A DNA stretch of 64,000 nucleotides from an uncultured Candidatus Saccharibacteria bacterium (GCA_964586065.1 CAZPFW010000001.1:131614-195613), one strand, 5' to 3'. Shown: positions 45,607 to 55,302, numbered from the stretch's first letter. A program made the numbers and translations. Notes: a model not told the origin generated them from the sequence alone.

Positions 45607-46550
45607 TCCAATTCAAGATTGTAATCTTCAAACTTTTTAATATCATTTGTCCCAAAGACTTTAACGTAAGCTTTCCAAACTCCCTTGCATCTGCCCTTGA
45701 ATTCACAATCTTGACAAATTGGAATATAAGTTTTCGATTCATCTTCATTTAAGCCGATTGTATCACCTATATCAGGGCGTTCCATTTTTGGATCAATTAT
45801 ACAGTTCTCTTTTATTTCACCTCCCTGAAGAAAAAATAGATTATTAAGTTCTTTTGGAAAAAGACACCAGTTGTAATCAAAAACACCTATGTAACCAAAT
45901 TGTGAAAATGTTCTGTAACCTCTTGCAATCTCTTTTGCAAGATCTGCCTTTTTGGCGACCAGTTTTTGATAAGCCTTTGCAGCTCTACCAACGGGTTTTA
46001 AGTCGAGCAGAGACCATTTATCAATCCCTAATTTGAGAGTCAAATCGGCTACCTCCTTTAATCTATTATAATTGATTGTCATCGGAACTGTGGCTGCCGA
46101 TAATTCAACACCACCTATTGAAAGAAAGTTCTCCAGCGCAGTTATTGTTTCATTAAAAGATCCCGGAATTCTGGTAACCGAATCGTGAATCTTGGCTGTG
46201 TCCCCGTGAAAACTTGTGGTTAATCCGGTTAAACCGGCATCAACAAATTCATCAACAACTCTTCTGTCTTTAAAATATCTGGCGTTGCTACTCATCTCAA
46301 TTCTGTAATAGCCCAAATCTTTTGAGACAGAGATAAATTCCAGCAGATGTTTATTGCAAGTCGGCTCACCCCCCGTAAAGTGAATTGTTTTATACCCTTC
46401 CATTTTCTTTTCGGTTATCTCCTTTAAGAGATCTTCTCTGTTCTTTGTTTTAGATAGTCTATTGGGAGCGGAAACGATACACATCAAGCAATCATTTGTG
46501 CAATCACCAGTTATTGATAATATTATATTCTGCTTTTCAGGATTGATCAT
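45603..46550 (-). CDS. radical SAM enzyme with short C-terminal Cys-rich (twitch/SPASM-like) segment, substrate unknown
   Basis: CTNDCLMC (CxxxCxxC) at residues 17-24, FTGGEPT SAM-binding motif, C-terminal CQDCEFKGRC. Overlaps both neighbours. Confidence 0.75.
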   Translation of the reverse strand: MINPEKQNIILSITGDCTNDCLMCIVSAPNRLSKTKNREDLLKEITEKKMEGYKTIHFTGGEPTCNKHLLEFISVSKDLGYYRIEMSSNARYFKDRRVVDEFVDAGLTGLTTSFHGDTAKIHDSVTRIPGSFNETITALENFLSIGGVELSAATVPMTINYNRLKEVADLTLKLGIDKWSLLDLKPVGRAAKAYQKLVAKKADLAKEIARGYRTFSQFGYIGVFDYNWCLFPKELNNLFFLQGGEIKENCIIDPKMERPDIGDTIGLNEDESKTYIPICQDCEFKGRCKGVWKAYVKVFGTNDIKKFEDYNLELE

Positions 46551-47397
46551 AAATCAATTGAACTTCGTTATTAAGCTTCTTTAATTCATTTAAGCCTACG
46601 CCGGTTTTTTTCGCAAACTTTTTATAATCTATATTAATAAGATCTTTAGCAAAAACTATATTATTTTTCAAAAGTTTTGTTTTGGCTTTATCACTGAGTG
46701 AAAAGAGAATTGTTATAGGATAAAGGCTCTTCTTTTCTATCAGTTCTTCAAGGTTATTGTTTTGAGGATAATGCCAAGCTATAACATCCACTTTACGACA
46801 ACTGGCAAACTTTAATGCTTCCGAAGTGCAACGAGTATTAGTAACCAAAATTGCTTGATGGAATTTTTGAGGATTTCTGTCTTTCATCCAAGCCTCTTTT
46901 ACGTCAAGAAATCTGGCATAAGTGTAAAGAGCAACTTTCAAATCGGATCTTAATCCGGAAGAGCTGTGATGTTTACATTCAACCATATAACGTTTGTTCC
47001 CTTTTGTCGCAATGATATCAACCTCTTGATTGACACAATGACCTTGAACAATCTCCCCCACGCTAACCTCGTAACCGTATTCTTTAAGAATTCTGGCAAA
47101 GTATTTTTCAAAAGGATATCCCGACGGACCAAGATTCATCAAGGCTCGCTTCAAATTATACTTTATCGCCACTATCGGATCATCTTTTTTAAGAAGATCT
47201 ATTACAACATCCAAGATTGTCTCGGATCTTATTCCGGATTTTGATAAACCCTTTACTCTTTTGGCTATCTCTTTCGCCTTGAGATGACTCAACCCCACCC
47301 TCTCAAGTGAGAAGATTATCTTCTCTTCTTTAAACTTCTCTTTCTCACCGGAAGCTTTAATTATATTCATAGATTTATGATACCTTTTTTGAATCAC
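46537..47397 (-). CDS. ATP-cone domain fused to PD-(D/E)XK (Mrr-like) nuclease fold and C-terminal HhH-like segment
   Basis: N-terminus IIKASGEKEKFKEEKIIFSLERVGL... is ATP-cone-like. The core reads EVDIIATKGNKRYMVECKHH (D...E.K). The tail reads FAKKTGVGLNELKKL. Confidence 0.65.
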   Translation of the reverse strand: MIQKRYHKSMNIIKASGEKEKFKEEKIIFSLERVGLSHLKAKEIAKRVKGLSKSGIRSETILDVVIDLLKKDDPIVAIKYNLKRALMNLGPSGYPFEKYFARILKEYGYEVSVGEIVQGHCVNQEVDIIATKGNKRYMVECKHHSSSGLRSDLKVALYTYARFLDVKEAWMKDRNPQKFHQAILVTNTRCTSEALKFASCRKVDVIAWHYPQNNNLEELIEKKSLYPITILFSLSDKAKTKLLKNNIVFAKDLINIDYKKFAKKTGVGLNELKKLNNEVQLIYDQS

Positions 47398-48405
47398 TTA
47401 ACAAATAATCCCTCCTCCAATCAATTGATCTCCTTGATAAATAACAGCTGATTGACCGCTGGCAGTCGCTTTCTGAGATTTATTGAAAATAACTTTTGTA
47501 GCTCCGTCTTTGAAAGAAATTAAAGCCGGTGTCGCACTATGTCGATATCTGATCTGAATCTCACACTTGAATGGAAACTTTGGATAAGAAAGCCAATTCA
47601 GATCTTTAAGATGAACTGATTTCAATTCGGGTGATTTTTTCCCGACCATTAAAAGATTTTTTGAATAATCTTTTCCCGTGACAAAATAAGGTCCACCAGA
47701 AAGACCAATTCCTTTTCTTTGTCCGATTGTATAAAACCAAAGACCTGAGTGATTCCCAACCTCTTTCTTACCATCAATAATCTTCCCCGGTTTCTCTCCA
47801 ATCTCTTTTAAAAGAAATTTATTTAAAGAGTCTTTTGCAAAGCAAACTTCCATAGACTCTTCCATATCCGAGACGGACATTTTCAGGTTAGTGACTATCT
47901 TTCTGACATCTTCTTTCCTATAATCTCCCAACGGAAATATCAATCTCTTTATCTGATCATGAGATAATCTCCATAAAAAATAACTTTGATCTTTTCCTTT
48001 ATCAACTCCTCTGTAAATATTACCATCTCTGATAATCGCATAATGTCCGGTAGCTACATAATCAAATCCGAGCGAAACGGCTCTCTCCAAGAAAAGGCCT
48101 GTCTTAATCTTTTGATTGCAATTAACGCACGGATTCGGAGTGTTGCCGTTGACATATTCATTTAAGAAATCATCAATAATCTCTCTTTTAAACTCTTCTC
48201 TTAGATCGACCGAATAAAAATCTATTGAGAGTTTTTTTGCAATTCGTTTGGCTTCTTTTTCTGCGTTGAAATTATCATCACCAAGTCTCATAAAAGCACC
48301 TGCAACAAAAAATCCTTCTCTTTTGAGAAGAGTAGCTGTCACTGAACTGTCCACTCCTCCCGACATTGCAACAAGAATTTTATCGTCTCTCTTCAGTCGA
48401 TCCAT
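47398..48405 (-). CDS. mnmA: tRNA-specific 2-thiouridylase MnmA
   Basis: PP-loop VAMSGGVDSSV, catalytic-Cys context NPCVNCN, ATGHYA, DQSYFL. Confidence 0.9.
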   Translation of the reverse strand: MDRLKRDDKILVAMSGGVDSSVTATLLKREGFFVAGAFMRLGDDNFNAEKEAKRIAKKLSIDFYSVDLREEFKREIIDDFLNEYVNGNTPNPCVNCNQKIKTGLFLERAVSLGFDYVATGHYAIIRDGNIYRGVDKGKDQSYFLWRLSHDQIKRLIFPLGDYRKEDVRKIVTNLKMSVSDMEESMEVCFAKDSLNKFLLKEIGEKPGKIIDGKKEVGNHSGLWFYTIGQRKGIGLSGGPYFVTGKDYSKNLLMVGKKSPELKSVHLKDLNWLSYPKFPFKCEIQIRYRHSATPALISFKDGATKVIFNKSQKATASGQSAVIYQGDQLIGGGIIC

Positions 48406-48890
48406 TTTGAGTATCTCTTTTCGAGAATTTCTTTTTCTTTAATTATCTTATCATGTCTTCTCTGAAGCTCATTCGGAATCTCCTTCTTATTCTTATTAAG
48501 ATAATCATAGATACTTTCAGCCAATGCGTCGGCAGCCAATATTGAGCAATGGAGCTTAATCTTTGGAAGTCCTCCTAATGATTTAGCAATACTGTTTTTG
48601 TCTATTTCCATTGCTTCTTTAATCGTCATCCCTTTAGCTAAATCCGTTACCATACTGCTGGTTGATATCGCTGCCACGCATCCGAATGTTTCATATTTGA
48701 TATCTTCAATAACATCTTCCCCATCGGACCTTTTCTTCACTTTGATATAGAGGTGCATAACATCTCCACAAATAACATTTCCGACTTTGCCAACACCATC
48801 TGGATTCTCGATTGAACCCATGTTATGGGGATTACGAAAATGACTCATCACTTTTTCATTATATAAACTCATCTTTTTATCTTCTCCCAA
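48393..48890 (-). CDS. iscU: Fe-S cluster scaffold IscU/NifU-N-like
   Basis: NP.N.G, GN..CGD, FGC..AIA.SS, LHC conserved Cys triad, plus a C-terminal helical extension. Confidence 0.9.
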   Translation of the reverse strand: MGEDKKMSLYNEKVMSHFRNPHNMGSIENPDGVGKVGNVICGDVMHLYIKVKKRSDGEDVIEDIKYETFGCVAAISTSSMVTDLAKGMTIKEAMEIDKNSIAKSLGGLPKIKLHCSILAADALAESIYDYLNKNKKEIPNELQRRHDKIIKEKEILEKRYSKWID

Positions 48891-50037
48891 AAGGAGATAT
48901 TTCTCTTAATTTTTCAACTGCGTCGGGAAGATTTTTAAGAAAATAATCAACTTCCTCATTCGTAGTCCATCTTCCAAGTGAAATTCTTAGTGATCCATGG
49001 GCCTCTTGAGGTTTCAACCCGATAGCCAAAAGAACATGACTTGGTTGAAGTTTATTTGATGAACAAGCTGAACCGGTGGATGTGGCGATTCCTAACATAT
49101 CAAGACTTATCACCAATGATTCTCCTTCAATAAAATCAAACCTTAAATTGATGTTATTTGATAACCTGTTGCAAGGATCGCCGTTTAACTTCGTATCTTC
49201 GATCTTAAGAGCTTCACCTATTATCTTATCTCTTAAAGTCTTTATTCTTTCATTCTCTTGTTCCATTACAGTCGATGATATTTCACAGGCTTTCGCAAAA
49301 CCGACAATTAATGGAAGATTAATCGTGGATGATCTCATATCCGATTCTTGTCCACCACCATGTAAAAGAGGATCAATTTTAGTACCCTTTTTAAGAAAAA
49401 GGATTCCAATTCCTTTAGGTCCATACATTTTATGAGCACTCGCTGTTAACATATCGACATTCAAGTCAGAGACATCTATCGATTCCTTGCCGAGGATTTG
49501 AGTGGAGTCGGTGTGAAAATAAACGCCCTTTTCTTTACAAATCTTACCGATCTCCGATATCGGCTGTATTGTTCCAATCTCATTTGAAGCGTGGATGATA
49601 GAGACTAAGACAGTATCCTCTCTTATCGCTTCTCTTACGTTTTCAGGATCAACTCTTCCTAATGAATCAACTTTTAATCTGGTTATCTCGAACCCTCTCT
49701 TTTCAAGCCATAAAGCGCTCTCCATTATACACGGATGTTCTATTGACGATATGATGAGATGTTTGCCTTTGTCGAAGTTTGCCGAAGCTATCCCTTTTAT
49801 GACAAAGTTATTACTCTCGGTGGCCGAGCTGGTAAATATGATCTCGTCTGAGTTTGAACCGATCATGTCAGCTACGGTTTCTCGACTTTTATCTAAAGCG
49901 ATTCTGGCTTCTTGTCCAAATGAATGAAGTGACATTGTGTTTCCATACTTTTCTTGGAAATAAGGCTCCATAGCCTCTAAAACTCTATCATCCACTTTGG
50001 TTGTTGCCGCATTATCCAAATAAACTCTTTTGTCCAT
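48877..50037 (-). CDS. iscS: cysteine desulfurase (NifS/IscS class)
   Basis: YLDNAATT, PLP-Lys context SAHKMYGPKG, active-site STGSACSS. Confidence 0.9.
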   Translation of the reverse strand: MDKRVYLDNAATTKVDDRVLEAMEPYFQEKYGNTMSLHSFGQEARIALDKSRETVADMIGSNSDEIIFTSSATESNNFVIKGIASANFDKGKHLIISSIEHPCIMESALWLEKRGFEITRLKVDSLGRVDPENVREAIREDTVLVSIIHASNEIGTIQPISEIGKICKEKGVYFHTDSTQILGKESIDVSDLNVDMLTASAHKMYGPKGIGILFLKKGTKIDPLLHGGGQESDMRSSTINLPLIVGFAKACEISSTVMEQENERIKTLRDKIIGEALKIEDTKLNGDPCNRLSNNINLRFDFIEGESLVISLDMLGIATSTGSACSSNKLQPSHVLLAIGLKPQEAHGSLRISLGRWTTNEEVDYFLKNLPDAVEKLREISPFGRR

Positions 50038-50041
50038 AGAA

Positions 50042-50440
50042 TTATGATTTCATTAAATCTTGCAATGTTACGGAATCTATCGTTTTCTCGATTGATTCTT
50101 GAAGTTTTTTCCACATATAAAAACTTTCACATCTTCCTTCCCTATAACAAGAACCTTTACTGCCCACACACTCAACTAAAACCATTTTACCTTCCAATGC
50201 TCTCAAGATGTCTCCCACTCTTATCTCTTTTGGTAAACGAGCCAAAGAGTATCCTCCTTGAGCCCCCTTTCTTGATTTCATAAGATTAGCCTTCTCAAGG
50301 GTTGAACATATTTTCTCTAAATAACTGAAAGAAATCTCCTCTTTCTCCGACATCTCTCTCAAGGAGCAGAATCCTTTACCAGTATTGGCTAAATAAACCA
50401 TAGCCCTTAGCCCATATTGGGATTTTCTTGATATCTTCAT
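50042..50440 (-). CDS. iscR: Rrf2-family transcriptional regulator (IscR-like)
   Basis: MKISRKSQYGLRAMVYLA wHTH and three clustered Cys (CVGSKGSCYREGRC). First gene of the isc/thiolation operon. Confidence 0.85.
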   Translation of the reverse strand: MKISRKSQYGLRAMVYLANTGKGFCSLREMSEKEEISFSYLEKICSTLEKANLMKSRKGAQGGYSLARLPKEIRVGDILRALEGKMVLVECVGSKGSCYREGRCESFYMWKKLQESIEKTIDSVTLQDLMKS

Positions 50441-50514
50441 TTTAAATCAGACTAATTAAGTCGGTATTAAAGATAACAAAAATCCGCTATCTCTGTCAAG
50501 ACTCATTAAGGTTA

Positions 50515-50543
50515 TTGAAAAGAAGAGTTTATTTTGATATTAT
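50515..50543 (+). promoter_or_regulatory. putative promoter of tRNA-Leu
   Basis: TTGAAA (50515-50520), 17 nt, TATTAT (50538-50543); tRNA +1 lies 10 nt downstream. Confidence 0.5.
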
Positions 50544-50552
50544 CTTTAAATT

Positions 50553-50635
50553 GCCGCGGTGGCGGAACCGGTATACGCGTACGACTCAAAATCGTATAGG
50601 AATTTCCTGTGTGGGTTCAAGTCCCACCCGCGGCA
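50553..50635 (+). tRNA. tRNA-Leu (anticodon CAA), class II
   Basis: Folded by hand. Acceptor GCCGCGG/CCGCGGC, 3-bp D stem with 11-nt loop, anticodon stem TACGA/TCGTA, loop CT-CAA-AA, long variable arm (AGGA-ATT-TCCT), T arm GTGGG-TTCAAGT-CCCAC, discriminator A. Confidence 0.9.
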
Positions 50636-50637
50636 CA

Positions 50638-51798
50638 TCAAGATATTTTATTTCCCTTTGGGCCCAATGCCGATTTCAATATTTCAGATTTGAAATTGTA
50701 AGTTATATCTTTCTTGGAGTTGAATCTTTCCTCGGCTAAATCAATCAAACCAGTCACCAGATCTATTGGTGATAGTCCTGCTTTCTTCCAATTATGATGA
50801 TAAAGACTTCCTGGGAGAGTATTGACTTCGTTTACAAAGACTTCTCCCGAAAGACCATCTATTAAAAAATCAACTCTGGCAATTCCGGAGCATCCCAAAA
50901 TTTGATAAGTCTTAACCCCGATATCTTTCACTTTTTGCGACAGAGCTTCATCTATCTTGGCTGGAATCTCTGTCTGATTGCCGCTTTTTTCTTTCTTTCC
51001 CTTACCACCTGACAGGTATTTGTCGGTAAAATCAAAGAACTCGGTCTTATTCAACGCTCGCTCTATATTAGCTGTCTTTGGATTCTCATTTCCCATGATC
51101 GGAAGTGTCACTTCTATCAAATTCTCTATGCTCTCTTCGACTAAAACTTTATCGTCATAATGAAAAGCCACATCTATAGCGCGTTCTAACTCCGAAACAT
51201 CTTTTACTTTACTGATGGCGATACTTGATCCCAAATGAACCGGTTTGACAAAAAGCGGCCACTTCAGTTGAGAAGCTTTTTCCATTCCATAATCTCTTTT
51301 TTTGTCCCAATCCTCTTTCATAAACCAAATATAAGGAACTGTCTTAATTCCTTCAATCGCTAATATCTGCTTGGTAAGAACCTTATCCATCGCAACTGCG
51401 GAAGCAAAAAGATCGCACCCGACAAATGGAATATTAGCCATTCTTAAGAGACCCATCAAGCTTCCATCTTCCCCGAATGTGCCGTGCATCGCCGGAAAGA
51501 CAAGATCAATCTTTACTGTTCTTCTTTTTACACCGGGCCATATGATTTTTAAGCCCTCGTCAAAAGATATCATAAGTTTCTTACCCAAACGAGTTTCGTA
51601 ATCGTCTTTTTGAAAAAACTCAATGCCCGTCATCTTATTATTTGAATACCAAGAATCATTCTTGGCTATATAGATCGGATAGAGATCGTATCTCCCAGTT
51701 GCAACAAGAGAACTTATTATCGGGTTATAAGCGGTAATTATTGAAACATCATGTTCGGCGCTTCTCCCTCCAAAAATTACTGCAATCTTCTTTTTCAT
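50638..51798 (-). CDS. ddl: D-alanine--D-alanine ligase
   Basis: IAVIFGGRSAEHDVS, ATP-grasp core (FVKP..LGSSI.ISKV, EVN.LPG); TGA stop at 50638-50640. Confidence 0.9.
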   Translation of the reverse strand: MKKKIAVIFGGRSAEHDVSIITAYNPIISSLVATGRYDLYPIYIAKNDSWYSNNKMTGIEFFQKDDYETRLGKKLMISFDEGLKIIWPGVKRRTVKIDLVFPAMHGTFGEDGSLMGLLRMANIPFVGCDLFASAVAMDKVLTKQILAIEGIKTVPYIWFMKEDWDKKRDYGMEKASQLKWPLFVKPVHLGSSIAISKVKDVSELERAIDVAFHYDDKVLVEESIENLIEVTLPIMGNENPKTANIERALNKTEFFDFTDKYLSGGKGKKEKSGNQTEIPAKIDEALSQKVKDIGVKTYQILGCSGIARVDFLIDGLSGEVFVNEVNTLPGSLYHHNWKKAGLSPIDLVTGLIDLAEERFNSKKDITYNFKSEILKSALGPKGNKIS

Positions 51799-51809
51799 GT
51801 TTTTAAATA

Positions 51810-53240
51810 TTATTGATATTGATCTGACCAGTCATTTTGTAATAATACAACATCACCTTTTGCTGTCAAAAGTGGTAAGGATGCAAAAAGCATAAAGACA
51901 TCGTCAAACCAGATTATCTCTCCCCTACCATTCTCTTCTTTAAATCCTTTCTCTATGAAAGGTGTTACTGAGTTCTTAATCAAAACGATTTTTTCTATAT
52001 TTGCCACAGCCAATCTCTTCCCTATCTCTCGATGAACTTCTTCAGTTCTTTCGCCCATTTCAACCAATCCGGGGGTGATATAAAATCGCCGCGAGCCGGA
52101 AAGAGATGACAGAAAATCTATAGCGGCAACTACACCATCCGGATTCCCGTTATAAGTATCATCTATTATGACGACTCCGCTGCCGTCAATTTTAGGATTT
52201 AGTCTGTGAGGAAACGGCTTGGTAGCACTTATTCCCCTCTTTATTTCATCTATAGAAAGCCCTAACCTTAATCCGATATCAAGAGCCGTCATAATCGGTC
52301 CTATCAGATGAAGCCCAAGCAGTTCTGATTTCAAAGTAACTTCTCTTTCTTTAATCAGTGTTGAGAATGACAATCCCGAAAGATCGGTAGACGGCGTATT
52401 CACTTTATATTCTCCAATCCCGAAACGACTGTAAATGATATTGCCTTGTGAGATGTTTCCAACAACGAGATCATCTTCACCGTTGAGATAAAGATTTACA
52501 CCTTTTGTAAAATCAGCCAACTCAAAAATCATTGAAGTGGTTGTTTTAAGTGATCCAGATCTTTCAAGATGAGCTTCGTTAACTCCTGTTATAATCCCGA
52601 TGTCAGGCTTTATTATTTTACAAAGCTTCTTTACGTCTCCCGGATAATATTCCCCGAGTTCAAAAATTAAGATATCTTCTTCGTTAAGTTTTTCGACAAA
52701 GCGAGCTATTCCAATTAAAGTATTGTGATTATGAGAAGGCGCTGACACCTTCCTGCCTTCTGAAAGGACGGTTCTTAAAATCTCTCTCATTGTTGTTTTT
52801 CCGTAACTTCCCGCTATCGCGATCTTGATTGCATTACTCTTTTTCAAAATCTTTTCCGTTTTCTTTGCAATTAAAAATTCAATTGGCTTCTTAATTGACA
52901 ATTCGATTATCATCGAAAAAAAAGCGACGGAATAAGCTGTAATATGAGGAATCAGAATTATTGCACAAACAAGAGTGATGATCTTGTAGAGAATAGAAAG
53001 ATTGAAAATCAAGAGAAAAGAGAGAATTATTAAAGAGAAATAAACGAATAGAGTTGCGATTAAAGTTATCTTTGCTCTCACTGTTAAATCAAGCTTCTTC
53101 CTTTGTTCAACTTGAGAAAAGTCATCCATTCTATGATACCAAGCCAGATAATTCTTAACTCCATATTCGCAAGATTGAAGCATATAAACAAGAGATCGCG
53201 GATAGTTGAAATTATATCGTGTTAAAAATTTCTTAATCAT
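51810..53240 (-). CDS. murF: MurF-like Mur ligase with membrane-spanning N-terminal region replacing the usual domain 1
   Basis: AGSYGKTTMREIL, HNHNTLIG, ELGEYYPGD...ITGVNEAHLE, IDDTYNGNP. Residues ~60-115 form two to three hydrophobic helices. Confidence 0.7.
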   Translation of the reverse strand: MIKKFLTRYNFNYPRSLVYMLQSCEYGVKNYLAWYHRMDDFSQVEQRKKLDLTVRAKITLIATLFVYFSLIILSFLLIFNLSILYKIITLVCAIILIPHITAYSVAFFSMIIELSIKKPIEFLIAKKTEKILKKSNAIKIAIAGSYGKTTMREILRTVLSEGRKVSAPSHNHNTLIGIARFVEKLNEEDILIFELGEYYPGDVKKLCKIIKPDIGIITGVNEAHLERSGSLKTTTSMIFELADFTKGVNLYLNGEDDLVVGNISQGNIIYSRFGIGEYKVNTPSTDLSGLSFSTLIKEREVTLKSELLGLHLIGPIMTALDIGLRLGLSIDEIKRGISATKPFPHRLNPKIDGSGVVIIDDTYNGNPDGVVAAIDFLSSLSGSRRFYITPGLVEMGERTEEVHREIGKRLAVANIEKIVLIKNSVTPFIEKGFKEENGRGEIIWFDDVFMLFASLPLLTAKGDVVLLQNDWSDQYQ

Positions 53241-53980
53241 AGGAATGACTTTATGAGATTTGCAACGGTTTCTGGATGATCTTGGTGAACAAAATGACCA
53301 GCTTTGTTTATCACCTCTAATTTTGAATTGGGAATTATTTGAGACATAATCTTTCCTTCAGAAAGAGGAGTCTCCGAATCATCTCTTCCCCATATAAGAA
53401 GAGTTGGAACTCTTATCTTTGAACAATCGTCAGCTAAGTTCTCGGAAATTACTTTTACAAAAATATCTTTCATTGATTCCGATCTAAGATAATCACTCTT
53501 AATCTTGTCATAAAACCAAGCTCTTATTCTTCCTCTTATCAAAGAAAGTGGCGGTATCTTTAACAAAGGACCGATTATCATTGAAGTTCCTTTCATTGCT
53601 TTGTTGCGAAAATTGTCACGCTTTGCAACTCCGGCCGATGCAATCAAAATATTCTTTTTTACTCCAAAAACTCCTCTGCTCTTTATTATAATACGCCCTC
53701 CAAAAGAATGACCAATTATCGCTTCGAGTTTAAGGTCGAGCTTTCCAATGAAATCCTCTACAAATTTAACATAAGCATTGAGATCCCAATCCTTTGAAGG
53801 AGATTCGCTTTCACCGAATCCAGGAAGATCGAGTCGTACGATTCTGAAACTTTCGGTCAAAAGTCTTGCTACCTTATCAAAAGTATTGAGATTACTTTGC
53901 CATCCGTGCAATAGAAGAATTGTTCCACCCGAACCCTCATCTCTGTAATTAATCGCCAATTTTTGAACTATGACTTTCAT
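53237..53980 (-). CDS. alpha/beta-fold hydrolase
   Basis: LLLHGWQSN, nucleophile elbow GHSFGG, C-terminal GHFVHQD. Confidence 0.75.
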   Translation of the reverse strand: MKVIVQKLAINYRDEGSGGTILLLHGWQSNLNTFDKVARLLTESFRIVRLDLPGFGESESPSKDWDLNAYVKFVEDFIGKLDLKLEAIIGHSFGGRIIIKSRGVFGVKKNILIASAGVAKRDNFRNKAMKGTSMIIGPLLKIPPLSLIRGRIRAWFYDKIKSDYLRSESMKDIFVKVISENLADDCSKIRVPTLLIWGRDDSETPLSEGKIMSQIIPNSKLEVINKAGHFVHQDHPETVANLIKSFL

Positions 53981-54506
53981 ATAAAAATTTGAATCTCTCT
54001 TTTGTATAGAAAACCAATAAAGCCGACAAGACTCCGATCGCTATTCCCCCCATTATGTCCGATGGCCAATGAATCCCTGAAGCCACTCTTGCAATTCCCA
54101 CTAAGAAAGATGACGTAAAAAAAACGATTCCGGCTCTTTTATTATGGATAAAAATTATCGTAGAGAGAGCAAAAAAGAATGCCGTATGTCCGGATGGAAA
54201 AGACGCGGTTGGACTGTGATCGAAAAGAGGTGTTAATCCGGAAAGAAAAGGACGCTCTCGGAAAAAGAATCTTCTAATAGTATCGGTGAATAAAAATCTC
54301 GCCAAAAAAGCGCTGATAAAAGCTAAAGCAAGCATCCGATAAGATTTCTTTGACCTATCTCTTATTATAAAAAGAGAAGAAACAATCAAGACGTATGGAA
54401 AATACTTTGCAAAAAAGAGAACAATCATATCCACCAATTCTGATTGAAAAACAACTCCACGAATTAGTTCGAAGATTAATTTATCCATAAATTTTCTTAA
54501 GCTCAA
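53949..54506 (-). CDS. PAP2-family membrane phosphatase (undecaprenyl-diphosphatase-like)
   Basis: PAP2 motifs R.RP..., PSGHTA, ARVASGIHWPSD; multiple TM helices. Confidence 0.8.
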   Translation of the reverse strand: MSLRKFMDKLIFELIRGVVFQSELVDMIVLFFAKYFPYVLIVSSLFIIRDRSKKSYRMLALAFISAFLARFLFTDTIRRFFFRERPFLSGLTPLFDHSPTASFPSGHTAFFFALSTIIFIHNKRAGIVFFTSSFLVGIARVASGIHWPSDIMGGIAIGVLSALLVFYTKERFKFLYESHSSKIGD

Positions 54507-55302
54507 TTATATTCCTCAAAAGACAGGCTGTTGTTATCGGACCAACCCCTCCCGGTACAGGAGAAACTTTTGAAGCTTTTCCGATTACGTTCTCAAGAAC
54601 AACATCACCTTTAATAAGATTGTCTTCCGAAGCAGATCCGGCATCAATGATTATAGATCCCTTCTTGATCATATCTCTTCTTACCAATCCTGACTTCCCG
54701 GCTCCGGATATAACAATATCAGCTTTTTTAGTGAAACTCTTGATATTATAAGTTGAACTATTAAGAGTGGTAACCGTAGCTTTTTGAGATGAGAGCCAAT
54801 GGGTAACGGGGCGCCCGACCAACCTTCCCGATCCAATCACCGCCACACTTTTACCAACGAGATCTTCCTCTTTAAGAATCTCTGATATAGCCGAAACCGT
54901 AGGAGGTATTATGGAAAAATCTCCAGAATAATAACGGCCGATTGCTCTACTTGATAAGAGATCAACATCTTTATCAACTTCGATCGCATCAAAGAGATGG
55001 TAAGTGTCAAGCTTGTGAGGTAAAGGAAGTTGAATTATAAGAGCCGAGGATTCTTTCGATATTTTGAAAACATCTTCAATTAAACTTTCTTTTTTAATGC
55101 TCAATGGGAAATTAAAGAGTGAAAAATCAATGCCCGCCTCATAACAGGCTTTCTTTTTTTGTAAAATGTAAGAGACTGATATCGGATCGTTACCAACTAA
55201 AATAACCGATAATCTTAAGTTAAGCCCGTCCTTCAAAACATCTCTTTTTACTTTTTTGATTATCTTTCGAGCAATCTTTTTCCCATCAATGATTTCTGTC
55301 AT
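54481..55302 (-). CDS. folD: bifunctional methylenetetrahydrofolate dehydrogenase/cyclohydrolase
   Basis: IIDGKKIA, LSVILVGNDP.S..Y, VIGSGRLVGRP, PVPGGVGP.T. Confidence 0.9.
   Translation of the reverse strand: MTEIIDGKKIARKIIKKVKRDVLKDGLNLRLSVILVGNDPISVSYILQKKKACYEAGIDFSLFNFPLSIKKESLIEDVFKISKESSALIIQLPLPHKLDTYHLFDAIEVDKDVDLLSSRAIGRYYSGDFSIIPPTVSAISEILKEEDLVGKSVAVIGSGRLVGRPVTHWLSSQKATVTTLNSSTYNIKSFTKKADIVISGAGKSGLVRRDMIKKGSIIIDAGSASEDNLIKGDVVLENVIGKASKVSPVPGGVGPITTACLLRNIIELKKIYG

Noticed and set aside
50515-50739. 74-aa plus-strand ORF
   Set aside because: It runs straight through tRNA-Leu(CAA) and the 3' end of ddl. It is not coding.
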